DNA from: an uncultured Clostridia bacterium
GTDB taxonomy: Bacteria > Bacillota > Clostridia > TANB77 > CAG-508
Assembly (NCBI GenBank): GCA_947624735.1
Contig: CANQLM010000002.1
Coordinates: forward strand, 1-40,085
DNA length: 40,085 nt
Reading direction: 5' to 3'
Made by a program: the position numbers and the translations under genes. Positions within the stretch are counted from its first letter, which is position 1. Each line of letters starts with the position of its first letter. A model generated the notes under the pieces. The model made no database searches. It was not told the origin of the DNA and saw only the letters and a program-made list of their open reading frames with translations. This document shows, in pieces, positions 1-8,761 of this stretch.

Positions 1-420
1 ATAGCAGCTTTATTTTTAGAAACAGCTGAAAATGAAAAAGAGCATGCTAAAATTTGGTTTAAATTATTAAATGGTGGAGATATATCTTCAACACAAGAAA
101 ATTTAAAAGCAGCAGCTGCTGGAGAAAATTTTGAATGGACAGATATGTATGACAGAATGGCAAAAGAAGCAAAAGAAGAAGGATTTGACAAAATTGCATA
201 TCTATTTGAAGCAGTTGGACAAATTGAAAAAGAGCATGAAGCAAGATACTTAAAATTATTAGAAAATGTTAAAGATGGATTAGTATTCAGTAAAGATGGA
301 GATAGAATTTGGAAATGTAGAAATTGTGGACATATAGTAGTTGGAAAATCAGCTCCAGAAGTATGCCCAGTTTGTAGCCATCCACAATCTTATTTTGAAG
401 TAAAAGCAGAAAATTATTAA
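1..420 (+). CDS. rbr: rubrerythrin, C-terminal part (5' end lies outside the window)
   Basis: Frame 1 is open from base 1 ([19 protein letters not shown]...), so the tracked ORF 145..420 is only the tail. Ferritin-like EKEH helices are followed by a rubredoxin-type CRNCGH...CPVCSH pair. Stop TAA at 418-420. Confidence 0.9.
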   Translation: MAALFLETAENEKEHAKIWFKLLNGGDISSTQENLKAAAAGENFEWTDMYDRMAKEAKEEGFDKIAYLFEAVGQIEKEHEARYLKLLENVKDGLVFSKDGDRIWKCRNCGHIVVGKSAPEVCPVCSHPQSYFEVKAENY

Positions 421-432
421 AATACAATAAAA

Positions 433-457
433 GGCCAGCTTTAAAACTGGCTTTTTT
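433..457 (+). terminator. intrinsic terminator after rbr
   Basis: GCCAG (434-438) / CTGGC (447-451) stem with an 8-nt loop, followed by T6 (452-457). Confidence 0.6.
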
Positions 458-543
458 ACGTAGTTTATGAAAGTTATTCTAATGTAAAAATATTTTAATT
501 ACAAAAGATACATAAAAATTAAATTTAGCATAAGGAGATAATT

Positions 544-999
544 TTGATGAATGTAGGATTTACAATAGGAAAATTTGCACCACTACATAAAGGACATGAG
601 GCTTTAATAGAAAAAGGTATTAAGGAAAATGATGAATTTTATATTCTAATAAATGATACAGAAAAAACTAGTGTTCCATTAGAAACAAGAGCAAATTGGC
701 TAAAAGAATTATATCCAACTGCACATATTATCTTAGGAACAAACCCACCAAAACAAATTGGAATGGATGAGAAATCAGTAAAAATTCAAACTGATTATTT
801 AAAAAATATTTTTAAAGATATTCCAGTTAATAGATTTTATTCAAGTGAAGAATATGGAAAATATGTTGCAAGAGATTTAAATGTTGAAAATATAAAAGTC
901 GAAAAAGTAATTCCAATTAGTGGAAGTATTATTAGGAAAAATCCTAAAGAAAATAAAAAGTATATGGAAGATATTGTATATAAAACATTTATGTGTTAG
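544..999 (+). CDS. small nucleotidyltransferase of the cytidylyltransferase/NMNAT (NadR-type) superfamily
   Basis: SD AAGGAG at 532-537; start TTG 544 or ATG 547. GKFAPLHKGHEALI matches the (H/T)xGH signature and ISGSIIR near the C-terminus matches the ISxxxxR motif. The substrate cannot be assigned from sequence. Confidence 0.7.
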   Translation: MMNVGFTIGKFAPLHKGHEALIEKGIKENDEFYILINDTEKTSVPLETRANWLKELYPTAHIILGTNPPKQIGMDEKSVKIQTDYLKNIFKDIPVNRFYSSEEYGKYVARDLNVENIKVEKVIPISGSIIRKNPKENKKYMEDIVYKTFMC

Positions 1000-1030
1000 A
1001 ATAAATAAAAAGTTTCAAGGAGAAAACATT

Positions 1031-2239
1031 ATGAATATATTAGAAGAATTAAGACAAAGAGACTATATTGAACAAACAATATACGAAGATAAATTAGAAG
1101 AATTATTAGAAAAAGAAAAAGTACCATTTTATATTGGAATAGATCCAACAGCTGATAGCTTACACGTTGGACATTTTGTATCATTAATGGTAGCATCATA
1201 TATGCAAAAAGCAGGACACAAACCTATAATATTAATGGGCGGAGGAACTGCTACTGTTGGAGATCCATCTGGTAAAACAGATATGAGAAAAATGTTGACA
1301 AGAGAAGAAATAAATCATAATGTAGAATGTATTAAAGCCCAAGTTAGTAAATTTGTTAGCTTTGAAGGAGATAATGGAGCAATAATAGTAAACAATGCAG
1401 ACTGGTTAATAGACTTAAAGTTTGTAGAATTTATGAAAGAAATTGGCTCACAATTTTCTATAAATAAAATGCTTTCAGCAGATTGTTATAAAACAAGACT
1501 AGAAACAGGATTAACTTTTTTTGAAATGGGTTATATGCTTCTTCAATCTTATGACTTTTTAACACTTTACAATAAGTATGGATGTAAGTTACAAATTGGT
1601 GGAAATGACCAATGGTCTAATATAATAGGAGGAGTAAACTTAATAAGAAAATTTGGCCATGACGATTCTTTTGCATTTACTTTCAAACTTCTTACAAATA
1701 AAGAAGGAAAGAAAATGGGAAAAACAGAAAAAGGAGCATTATGGCTAGATAAAGATAAAACAACTCCATATGAATTTTACCAATATTGGAGAAATATAGA
1801 TGACAATGATGTAAAAAAAGTTTTATGTATGTTGACATTTTTGCCAATGGACGAAATTAATAGATTAACAAATGTAGAAGGAGAAGAAATAAATAAGGCT
1901 AAAAAAATTGCAGCATATGAAATAACAAAATTAGTACATGGAGAAGACGAAGCTAAAAAAGCTGAAGAATCAGCAGAAGCACTATTCTCTGGAAATGGCA
2001 TAGCAGAAAATATGCCAACAGTAGAAGTAGCAGATGGCATAGGAATATTAGATGCTATAATATCAGCAGGATTTGCACCATCAAAAGGTCAAGCAAGAAC
2101 CTTAATAGTTCAAGGTGGAATTACATTAAACGATAAAAAAGTAGAAGAGCAAAATCTAAATTTATTAAAAGCAAATCTAGGTGAAGAACTAATATTAAAA
2201 AAAGGTAAAAAAAGTTATTGTAAAATAATTTTAAAATAA
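1031..2239 (+). CDS. tyrS: tyrosyl-tRNA synthetase
   Basis: HVGH (HIGH) and KMGKT (KMSKS) class I motifs and a C-terminal S4-like domain. SD GGAG at 1019-1022, 8 nt before ATG 1031. The tracked ORF start at 920 overlaps the upstream gene and was not used. Confidence 0.95.
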   Translation: MNILEELRQRDYIEQTIYEDKLEELLEKEKVPFYIGIDPTADSLHVGHFVSLMVASYMQKAGHKPIILMGGGTATVGDPSGKTDMRKMLTREEINHNVECIKAQVSKFVSFEGDNGAIIVNNADWLIDLKFVEFMKEIGSQFSINKMLSADCYKTRLETGLTFFEMGYMLLQSYDFLTLYNKYGCKLQIGGNDQWSNIIGGVNLIRKFGHDDSFAFTFKLLTNKEGKKMGKTEKGALWLDKDKTTPYEFYQYWRNIDDNDVKKVLCMLTFLPMDEINRLTNVEGEEINKAKKIAAYEITKLVHGEDEAKKAEESAEALFSGNGIAENMPTVEVADGIGILDAIISAGFAPSKGQARTLIVQGGITLNDKKVEEQNLNLLKANLGEELILKKGKKSYCKIILK

Positions 2240-2281
2240 AAAGGAAAGGAGATATGATACTAAAGTATCATAAAAAAGAAA

Positions 2282-2701
2282 ATGGATTATAGAAAATTTA
2301 ATAATTATTATGTTGTAAGAATAGATAAAGGAGAAGAAATTCTAGAAAAAATAAAAGAAATTGCGTTAAAAGAAAATATAAAGTTAGCTAAAGTAAGCGC
2401 ATTAGGTGCTACAAATGACTTTACAGTAGGAGTATTTAAAACAGGAGAAAAGAAATACTATTCAAATACATTTACAGGAGACCATGAAATTGTTTCACTT
2501 ACAGGAACAATAAATACATTTAATGGAGAATTCTACACACATATTCATATGAGTGCAGGAAATGATAAAGGAGAAGTCTTTGGAGGACACTTAAATAGAG
2601 CAATAGTTAGTGCTACTTGTGAAATGATTATAGTAGAAATACCAGGAAAAGTAGATAGAAAATTTGATGAAGAAGTTGGACTAAATTTATTTGAATTTTA
2701 A
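2282..2701 (+). CDS. PPC/DUF296 domain protein (PCC1-like DNA-binding fold)
   Basis: 139-aa ORF. The pattern ...VVRIDKGEEILEKIKEIA...LGATNDFTVG...EIVSLTGTI...HIHMSAG...GGHL... is typical of DUF296. No good SD lies directly before ATG 2282. Confidence 0.7.
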   Translation: MDYRKFNNYYVVRIDKGEEILEKIKEIALKENIKLAKVSALGATNDFTVGVFKTGEKKYYSNTFTGDHEIVSLTGTINTFNGEFYTHIHMSAGNDKGEVFGGHLNRAIVSATCEMIIVEIPGKVDRKFDEEVGLNLFEF

Positions 2702-2714
2702 TGTAAAATATATG

Positions 2715-2743
2715 TTGAAAAAATGAATTGGTTTTGATATTAT
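2715..2743 (+). promoter_or_regulatory. possible sigma-A promoter for the giant surface-protein gene
   Basis: TTGAAA (2715-2720), 17-nt spacer, TATTAT (2738-2743). AT-rich context makes chance matches likely. Confidence 0.3.
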
Positions 2744-2774
2744 ATTATTAAGATTTTTTTACAGAGGTAAAAAT

Positions 2775-5700
2775 ATGAAATTACAGAATTTAGCTGTTAT
2801 TTTTATAGTAATTATAATGCCAATAGCATTAGTATTATCAATATATACAGGAAATTTAATAGATGTTGCAAATAAGCAAGCAGAATATGATTCACTTTTG
2901 CTTAATTCAACTTATGATGCAGTAAGAGCTTATCAAATGAATACATTAAACAATAGTTATGAAGCAGAAACAAATTCGAAGATAAGGGATATTAATGCAT
3001 CTGTTAACTCATTCTTTAATAGTTTAGCTGCAGGGCTTTCACAAAGTGGATTTGGAAAAGCTCAATTAACAGATTATGTTCCAGCAATGTTATATACATT
3101 ATATGATGGATACTATGTTTATGGAGTTTTTGACAATGTAGTTAATATTGATAAAGGTATTAAATATGATGAAAATAATAAAATAACAAAAGAACAATAT
3201 GGATTAAAACCATATATATATTATTCATGTGAATACGCATCGAATAATTATGATTTAATAGTAAATTATACTTTAGATAACTATATAACAGTATCAGGAA
3301 CATATAAAGATGAAACTGGAAAATGGATAAATATTGCACAATCAGGATACTTCATAAACTATAATAATGTAACAGTACCAGTAAATGGAGATGGACCAGC
3401 AGACTTTGCTAATAAGCAAGTAACATTATATAAAGGAAAAAGCAATGAAGTAGTAATAAAGCCAGAAAGACTAGGAGAAACAATTATTGCTTATGATCAA
3501 AAATTAACAAGAGATAATATAAATAACTATGATTATAAAGCAGTTCTTGATGAAAATGGAAAGGCAAAATATTTCAATTATATTATATATAATAATATAA
3601 AATATTATTTAGATACAGATATTATTCAAAATGGTTCACCAATAGAAGTAACTAGAGATGGAGTCAATAACACTAGTTTTAATATGACTTATGATGGAAT
3701 ACCAATATTCTTCTTAGATGGAAATGAGAGAACATATATAAGTAGAAGTACATTTGATGAACTTAAATCATTTCTAGGAGTTGGAAATGATAGTGATATG
3801 TATAGTAGCATTGAAGGAGAAGGTTGTTACAGAGATGTAAATGCATATTATTATTATTATAGGTCAGTTAAATTTAGTAGAAGTGTTGAACCTGCATTAA
3901 AGCAAATAGATTTAGGAGAGACCAAAATTACAGATGAATTAGGTAATAATATATCAGTTATAGCATCAAATATTCCATATGATGAGAATGGAAATTTAAA
4001 TAGTAAAAACGTTATAAAAACTGAATCATATCATATAAAATATACCAATGAAAAAGGGGTAGAAAGTCATACAAAAACAACATATGATAATTCTAAAATA
4101 TTTGATTTAGAAGATACATCTAATGATCCAGAACTAGAGTCATCATCATTTAACTTACATAGAGTTGATGTAATTATAAGTTCAATAGAATCAAGTTTAA
4201 TTACTACAATAGCAAACTTTAATAGCCATATGGGAGCAACATATGATTATGCTATGCCAACTCTTACAGAAGAAGAATGGGATAGAATATGTAATAACAT
4301 AACAGTAATTTCATTTATGCAAGGACTTACAATAGGAAATTATAAATACTATAGTAGTTATGCTATTGTTGCAAATACTAAAGTAAAAGACTATATAAAT
4401 AAAAATACAATTTATGTTCAAGAAGATAATAATGAAGATAGTAATTTAGAATATCATAATCCTAGATGTGAAGAATTTAATGAAGAATTTAATTCAAATG
4501 AGGATAAAAGAGCAATCGGATATAAAAGTTTAGACTATGATAGACAAGGAGCAGTTGTACCTTCTGCAGAAGGTAGTGGAGGACAACAATATTATTTTTA
4601 TTTACAGCAAAAAACTGGAGGATATGAATGTATAGTAAGCCTTAATGGCAATAGTTATAGCACAGATGAATTACTAAGTGGAAAAAAAGTTCAGCAAACA
4701 ACTCAAAAAGAGGTAAATAATGAAATAAGAAGAGCATATATAACAGCATTAGCAAGAGAAAAGGGCAGTTCATATAAAACATATGGATTTTTAAATGAAA
4801 GCCTTCAAGTAAAAACAACAGCATCTGCTGGAGAAGCAGTGTATACAGTACATTATTATTATCAAGACTATAACTATGAAACTAATACACCACTATCTAC
4901 ATATTCAGAATTAAATAATACATATACATCAACAGCATTAATAGGAACTAATATAGCAAGACTTAATATGAATACAACTCCTAATACAGGTTATACATGG
5001 GATAATCAGATAAGAGTATATAACCAAGACACAGAAAAATATGACTATTTAAATAATGGCAATAATACATTACAAGCTAATAAAGCTACAGACATAGGAT
5101 TGTATTTTAATGTAAATTTAAATAATAAAAAAGATTTATATTATAATATAGAAACATATTTATGGAATAAAGATATAGTAAAATTTGATTTTATAAAAAC
5201 AGATACAATAACTGAACAAAAATGGATAAATGCAAATAATGAACTAGATGTAAATATACCAGAAATGTATCAAGGAATAAACTTGATATATACTAATCCA
5301 GCAGGCTATGAAGGTGTAACAAAGAAAATAGCAACAGGTTCAAATATACAAGCATATTACTCAGATGAAGCAGAATTTCTAAATAGAACATATACTGTAA
5401 GATATCATTCAAATAATGGAACAGGAACTATGGAAGAAAATACCTATAGATTTTTTGAAAGAAATTCATTAAGAATGAATCGATTTAGTATGGAGGGATT
5501 TGGATTTAAAGGATGGTCTTTAAACCCTGATGATAGTGAAATAAAATATAAAGATACAGAAGTAATTGTTTATTTAGATGATACAGATATGAAAGTAGAA
5601 AATGGTGAATATTATCTAGATTTATATGCACAATGGGAAAAATCTTCATATCAAATAAGTTACCAACCAAATGGAGCAACAGAAGGAGTAATGGAAAACT

Positions 5701-8090
5701 CAACCCACGAATATGGTGTTAGTTCAAAATTAAGAAAAAATGAATATAGAAAAATATATAATATAAAAATAAATATAGGACCAGCTAATACAAACTTTTA
5801 TACAGGAAATTTTGGAGTATGGGGCGATGCTACAACAAAACTTACATATGACCAATCTAGTAACGAATATACACTTGAATTTCCTAATAATTCAGCTAGA
5901 TATACAGGAATGTATTACACAGATAATAATGCAATAATAAAAGCAGGAAAAACAGCAACAATAAGTTATGAAATTTATCCTAATAGAGATGTAACAATAG
6001 CATTAAAATATCAAAATTCTATTGTAGGACAACCTATTAATCAGAATCAACAAAATTTAACTCCTGAATTAATAAAAATTCCTGCTAATCAGTGGAGTAC
6101 AGTATATTTTACATATACAAACAATAGTAACAATAATATTTATGATTATAGTATATTAGGTATTGAAGATACGAATAGTAGCTGTATATTAAAAATAAAA
6201 AATCCAAAAATAGAAATGACAAATGCACAAATGACACGTATAGATGAACAAACAATAATGGCAAAAATTGAAGGAAATTTCTTAAATTGGACATATAATA
6301 ATAAAACATACCAAGATGAAGAAGAAATATTAAATTTAACAACCCAAAATAATAGTTTATTAAATATGACAGCACAATGGGATAAAATGGAATTTTATTT
6401 ACCTGAATTAGTACCATCTGGATATGAATTTGTCGGATGGGTAGATAAGAATGGAAAAGAAGTTGATGAAGATAAACCAATAGATGTTACAGGAGACGAT
6501 GAATTTTCAGTAAAAATGGTAGATGAGGTGCCACCAGAAGTAAAATTAAATGTAATTAGTACAACAACAAGAACAATAACGGTAAGAGCAGAAGCAAACG
6601 ATATTGGTTCGGGAATGATTGATGCACCAAGATATATCTATTCTATAAAGAAATTAGGTGAACCAGATAGTTTATATAAAACATTTGAGGGAGGAGAACT
6701 GGCAGAATATACATTTAATAACTTAGATGAAGGAACATCATATAATTTAAAAGTAGAAGTAATATCTGATAGAGAGGAAAATAATGGTATAGCAACCAAT
6801 ATTGCAACAACAAGAAATTTAACAGGAAGTACAATAATAAAACGACAATTCTGGAATAAAAATGAAAATGATGAAGGAACAGCATATATAGAATTTGCAA
6901 TAAATCCTCCACAAGAAGGAGTGTACATAGAATATAGGCTTGGAATAAATGGTACTTGGACAAAGGGAGATACTATAAATGGAGTACATCATCAGGATAC
7001 AATATATACAAGATTGACAGATGGAGTAAATTATTTAAATAGTGCAAGTTTCTTAATATTAGACCAGATACAGCCAAGCTTAGATATAATAGATGTTACT
7101 GCGGTAGAAAATAGACCTAATAGTGTGGCAGTTAATGTTAATGCATATGATGGAGAAACTGGACTTGGAAAAGAACCTAAATATATATATTCAATCAAAA
7201 AGCAAAATGAACAAAATTATAGAGTAGTAACAGAAACAACAAGTAGAAGCTATAATTATACTGGATTAGAGCAAAATACTACTTATAATATAAAAGTTGG
7301 AATTAAAGATTTAGCAGGTAATTTAAAGGAAACAGTAATAACTGTTACTACAACATATACATATAAGATATTCTTCAACGGAAATGGTTCAACTAGTGGA
7401 AATATGACAGAGATGAATTGTATAAAAGATATAGCAGTTACATTAAATAAAAATGAATATCTAAGAAGTGGATATAAATGGTTATATTGGGAATATAATG
7501 GAAATACATATTTTGATATGCAACAAGTTATGAATTTATCAGAACATGGAGAAAATGTAACATTAAATGCGACTTGGAAGATTAATAGAGTATATATTGT
7601 ACAAAATGGAGTTCCTCAAGTTCGTTGGGAAATAGCTCAAATATCAGGATGTAATAGTGCTAGAATTGAATGGGCATCAGGTGGTCAGTATGGATTTTCA
7701 CATGTAGGACAAACTGCTGATGATGGATATGGTACAGGAAGAATAGATGTAATGGGATTAGTTACGTCTTCACCAGTTGATTTAACTGAATTTACAAAAG
7801 TAGTATTTGCTTTTTCAAGATGGGCAAGAGATGGTGGAGCAAATGGATATTATAGGACATGTGCAGGAATATATAGCAATAAAGTTGTTGGAGAAGGTGC
7901 TTATTCTTCATGGCAATCTCGACCTCCATCAATGATTGCAGGATGGTTATGTAATCAGATAGTAGCATCAACACAAACTTTACAAATTCCAGCAGGAGTA
8001 ACATCAGCATATATAGGAATGGCTTCTGGAGGAGGATGGTACGGTAATGGCTCTATAGCTGTAACTGATATTTACTTAACATCTGATTAA
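2775..8090 (+). CDS. giant (1771 aa) N-terminally anchored mosaic surface protein: unknown N-domain, Listeria-Bacteroides (Flg_new) repeats, CBM-like jelly-roll, two FN3-like domains and a Gly/Trp-rich C-terminal domain
   Basis: Single uninterrupted ORF. N-terminal hydrophobic helix LAVIFIVIIMPIALVLSIY. Flg_new-type repeats (YTVRYHSNNGTGTM...GFKGW...LYAQWEK at 5391-5642; YKIFFNGNGSTSGNM...LNATWKIN at 7356-7586). FN3-like units at about 6522-6821 and 7062-7355 share the pattern D.G(S/T)G...P(R/K)YIYSIKK...Y.(F/Y)..L...T.YN.KV. Confidence 0.85.
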   Translation: MKLQNLAVIFIVIIMPIALVLSIYTGNLIDVANKQAEYDSLLLNSTYDAVRAYQMNTLNNSYEAETNSKIRDINASVNSFFNSLAAGLSQSGFGKAQLTDYVPAMLYTLYDGYYVYGVFDNVVNIDKGIKYDENNKITKEQYGLKPYIYYSCEYASNNYDLIVNYTLDNYITVSGTYKDETGKWINIAQSGYFINYNNVTVPVNGDGPADFANKQVTLYKGKSNEVVIKPERLGETIIAYDQKLTRDNINNYDYKAVLDENGKAKYFNYIIYNNIKYYLDTDIIQNGSPIEVTRDGVNNTSFNMTYDGIPIFFLDGNERTYISRSTFDELKSFLGVGNDSDMYSSIEGEGCYRDVNAYYYYYRSVKFSRSVEPALKQIDLGETKITDELGNNISVIASNIPYDENGNLNSKNVIKTESYHIKYTNEKGVESHTKTTYDNSKIFDLEDTSNDPELESSSFNLHRVDVIISSIESSLITTIANFNSHMGATYDYAMPTLTEEEWDRICNNITVISFMQGLTIGNYKYYSSYAIVANTKVKDYINKNTIYVQEDNNEDSNLEYHNPRCEEFNEEFNSNEDKRAIGYKSLDYDRQGAVVPSAEGSGGQQYYFYLQQKTGGYECIVSLNGNSYSTDELLSGKKVQQTTQKEVNNEIRRAYITALAREKGSSYKTYGFLNESLQVKTTASAGEAVYTVHYYYQDYNYETNTPLSTYSELNNTYTSTALIGTNIARLNMNTTPNTGYTWDNQIRVYNQDTEKYDYLNNGNNTLQANKATDIGLYFNVNLNNKKDLYYNIETYLWNKDIVKFDFIKTDTITEQKWINANNELDVNIPEMYQGINLIYTNPAGYEGVTKKIATGSNIQAYYSDEAEFLNRTYTVRYHSNNGTGTMEENTYRFFERNSLRMNRFSMEGFGFKGWSLNPDDSEIKYKDTEVIVYLDDTDMKVENGEYYLDLYAQWEKSSYQISYQPNGATEGVMENSTHEYGVSSKLRKNEYRKIYNIKINIGPANTNFYTGNFGVWGDATTKLTYDQSSNEYTLEFPNNSARYTGMYYTDNNAIIKAGKTATISYEIYPNRDVTIALKYQNSIVGQPINQNQQNLTPELIKIPANQWSTVYFTYTNNSNNNIYDYSILGIEDTNSSCILKIKNPKIEMTNAQMTRIDEQTIMAKIEGNFLNWTYNNKTYQDEEEILNLTTQNNSLLNMTAQWDKMEFYLPELVPSGYEFVGWVDKNGKEVDEDKPIDVTGDDEFSVKMVDEVPPEVKLNVISTTTRTITVRAEANDIGSGMIDAPRYIYSIKKLGEPDSLYKTFEGGELAEYTFNNLDEGTSYNLKVEVISDREENNGIATNIATTRNLTGSTIIKRQFWNKNENDEGTAYIEFAINPPQEGVYIEYRLGINGTWTKGDTINGVHHQDTIYTRLTDGVNYLNSASFLILDQIQPSLDIIDVTAVENRPNSVAVNVNAYDGETGLGKEPKYIYSIKKQNEQNYRVVTETTSRSYNYTGLEQNTTYNIKVGIKDLAGNLKETVITVTTTYTYKIFFNGNGSTSGNMTEMNCIKDIAVTLNKNEYLRSGYKWLYWEYNGNTYFDMQQVMNLSEHGENVTLNATWKINRVYIVQNGVPQVRWEIAQISGCNSARIEWASGGQYGFSHVGQTADDGYGTGRIDVMGLVTSSPVDLTEFTKVVFAFSRWARDGGANGYYRTCAGIYSNKVVGEGAYSSWQSRPPSMIAGWLCNQIVASTQTLQIPAGVTSAYIGMASGGGWYGNGSIAVTDIYLTSD

Positions 8091-8116
8091 AATAACATAT
8101 AAAATTTAATAAATCC

Positions 8117-8145
8117 TTGACAAAATCTATAAAACACAGTATAAT
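8117..8145 (+). promoter_or_regulatory. sigma-A promoter for rpmF-rpmE
   Basis: Consensus TTGACA (8117-8122), 17-nt spacer, TATAAT (8140-8145), about 60 nt upstream of rpmF. Confidence 0.6.
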
Positions 8146-8207
8146 AGATAAGTGACTAAGAAAAAGAGATAAATATATATACTTATAAGCATAAGGAGGG
8201 ATGAAAG

Positions 8208-8390
8208 ATGGCACAACCAAAAAGAAGATGGTCAAAAGCTAGAACACATCTAAAAAGATCTACATGGAAGCTAGAAAACAAAAATTTAGTAGAATGTCCA
8301 CATTGCCACAAATTAACAATGCAACATAGAATTTGCCCAAACTGTGGATACTATGATGGAACAGAAATTATAGCTAAAAAAGCAGAATAA
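8208..8390 (+). CDS. rpmF: 50S ribosomal protein L32 (zinc-ribbon form)
   Basis: MAQPKRRWSKARTHLKR... with CPHC...CPNC. SD AAGGAGG lies upstream. Confidence 0.95.
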   Translation: MAQPKRRWSKARTHLKRSTWKLENKNLVECPHCHKLTMQHRICPNCGYYDGTEIIAKKAE

Positions 8391-8441
8391 AAATAGTAAA
8401 AGTAAATAATAAAGCTATAAAATAAGAAAGAGGTGAATACA

Positions 8442-8642
8442 ATGAAAGAAGGAATACACCCAGAATACCAAGAAGCAACAATGACTTGTGCTTGCGGTAA
8501 TGTTATGAAAACAAACTCAACAAAAAAAGAATTAAAGGTTGATGTATGCTCAAAATGTCATCCATTTTGGACAGGTAATTTAAGAAAAGAAACAACAGGT
8601 GGAAAAGCTGATAAATTTAAGAAAAAATATGGATTACAATAA
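8442..8642 (+). CDS. rpmE: 50S ribosomal protein L31 (Cys-containing type A)
   Basis: MKEGIHPEY..., CACG...[13 protein letters not shown] 8442 is preferred over the tracked GTG 8433 because the SD GAAAGAGGTG (8426-8435) overlaps 8433. Confidence 0.93.
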   Translation: MKEGIHPEYQEATMTCACGNVMKTNSTKKELKVDVCSKCHPFWTGNLRKETTGGKADKFKKKYGLQ

Positions 8643-8699
8643 GTTTAAGTTAAAGTTGCCGAAAACATAATTTCGCTCCAACTTTACTTGCTGTACAAA

Positions 8700-8739
8700 A
8701 TAGACTCTGTAGTATACTGCTATGGAGTCTATATTTTTT
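8700..8739 (+). terminator. intrinsic terminator after rpmE
   Basis: ATAGACTC (8700-8707) / GAGTCTAT (8725-8732) stem with further inner pairs, then T6 (8734-8739). Confidence 0.65.
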
Positions 8740-8761
8740 AGTATAAAGGTTGGAATAAAAT

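Noticed and set aside
920-1030. N-terminal extension of tyrS given by the tracked ORF (start at 920)
   Set aside because: It overlaps the 3' end of the upstream nucleotidyltransferase gene in another frame and encodes a low-complexity peptide. A proper SD (GGAG 1019-1022) precedes ATG 1031, which begins the conserved TyrRS N-terminus.
458-1030. T-box leaders upstream of tyrS, and likewise of trpS at 14632-15019
   Set aside because: Both synthetase genes follow the preceding gene within 17-31 nt. The nearest non-coding stretches (86 and 62 nt) are too short for a T-box. They lack a specifier hairpin and the conserved T-box sequence.
3846-3860. (TAT)5 tract encoding YYYYY as a phase-variation switch
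   Set aside because: A trinucleotide repeat changes length in frame and cannot switch the gene off. Five units is short, and Tyr-rich runs fit the general composition of this protein.
7587-8090. DGR variable region at the 3' end of the giant gene
   Set aside because: I found no template repeat, reverse transcriptase or accessory gene in the window. It is kept only as a suggestion to search the rest of the genome.
8649-8690. Hairpin TAAAGTTG...CAACTTTA downstream of rpmE as a regulatory RNA
   Set aside because: It is an 8-bp AT-rich stem with a loop of about 20 nt, located 3' of the gene just before the real terminator. It is most simply part of the 3' UTR, and nothing suggests an independent function.
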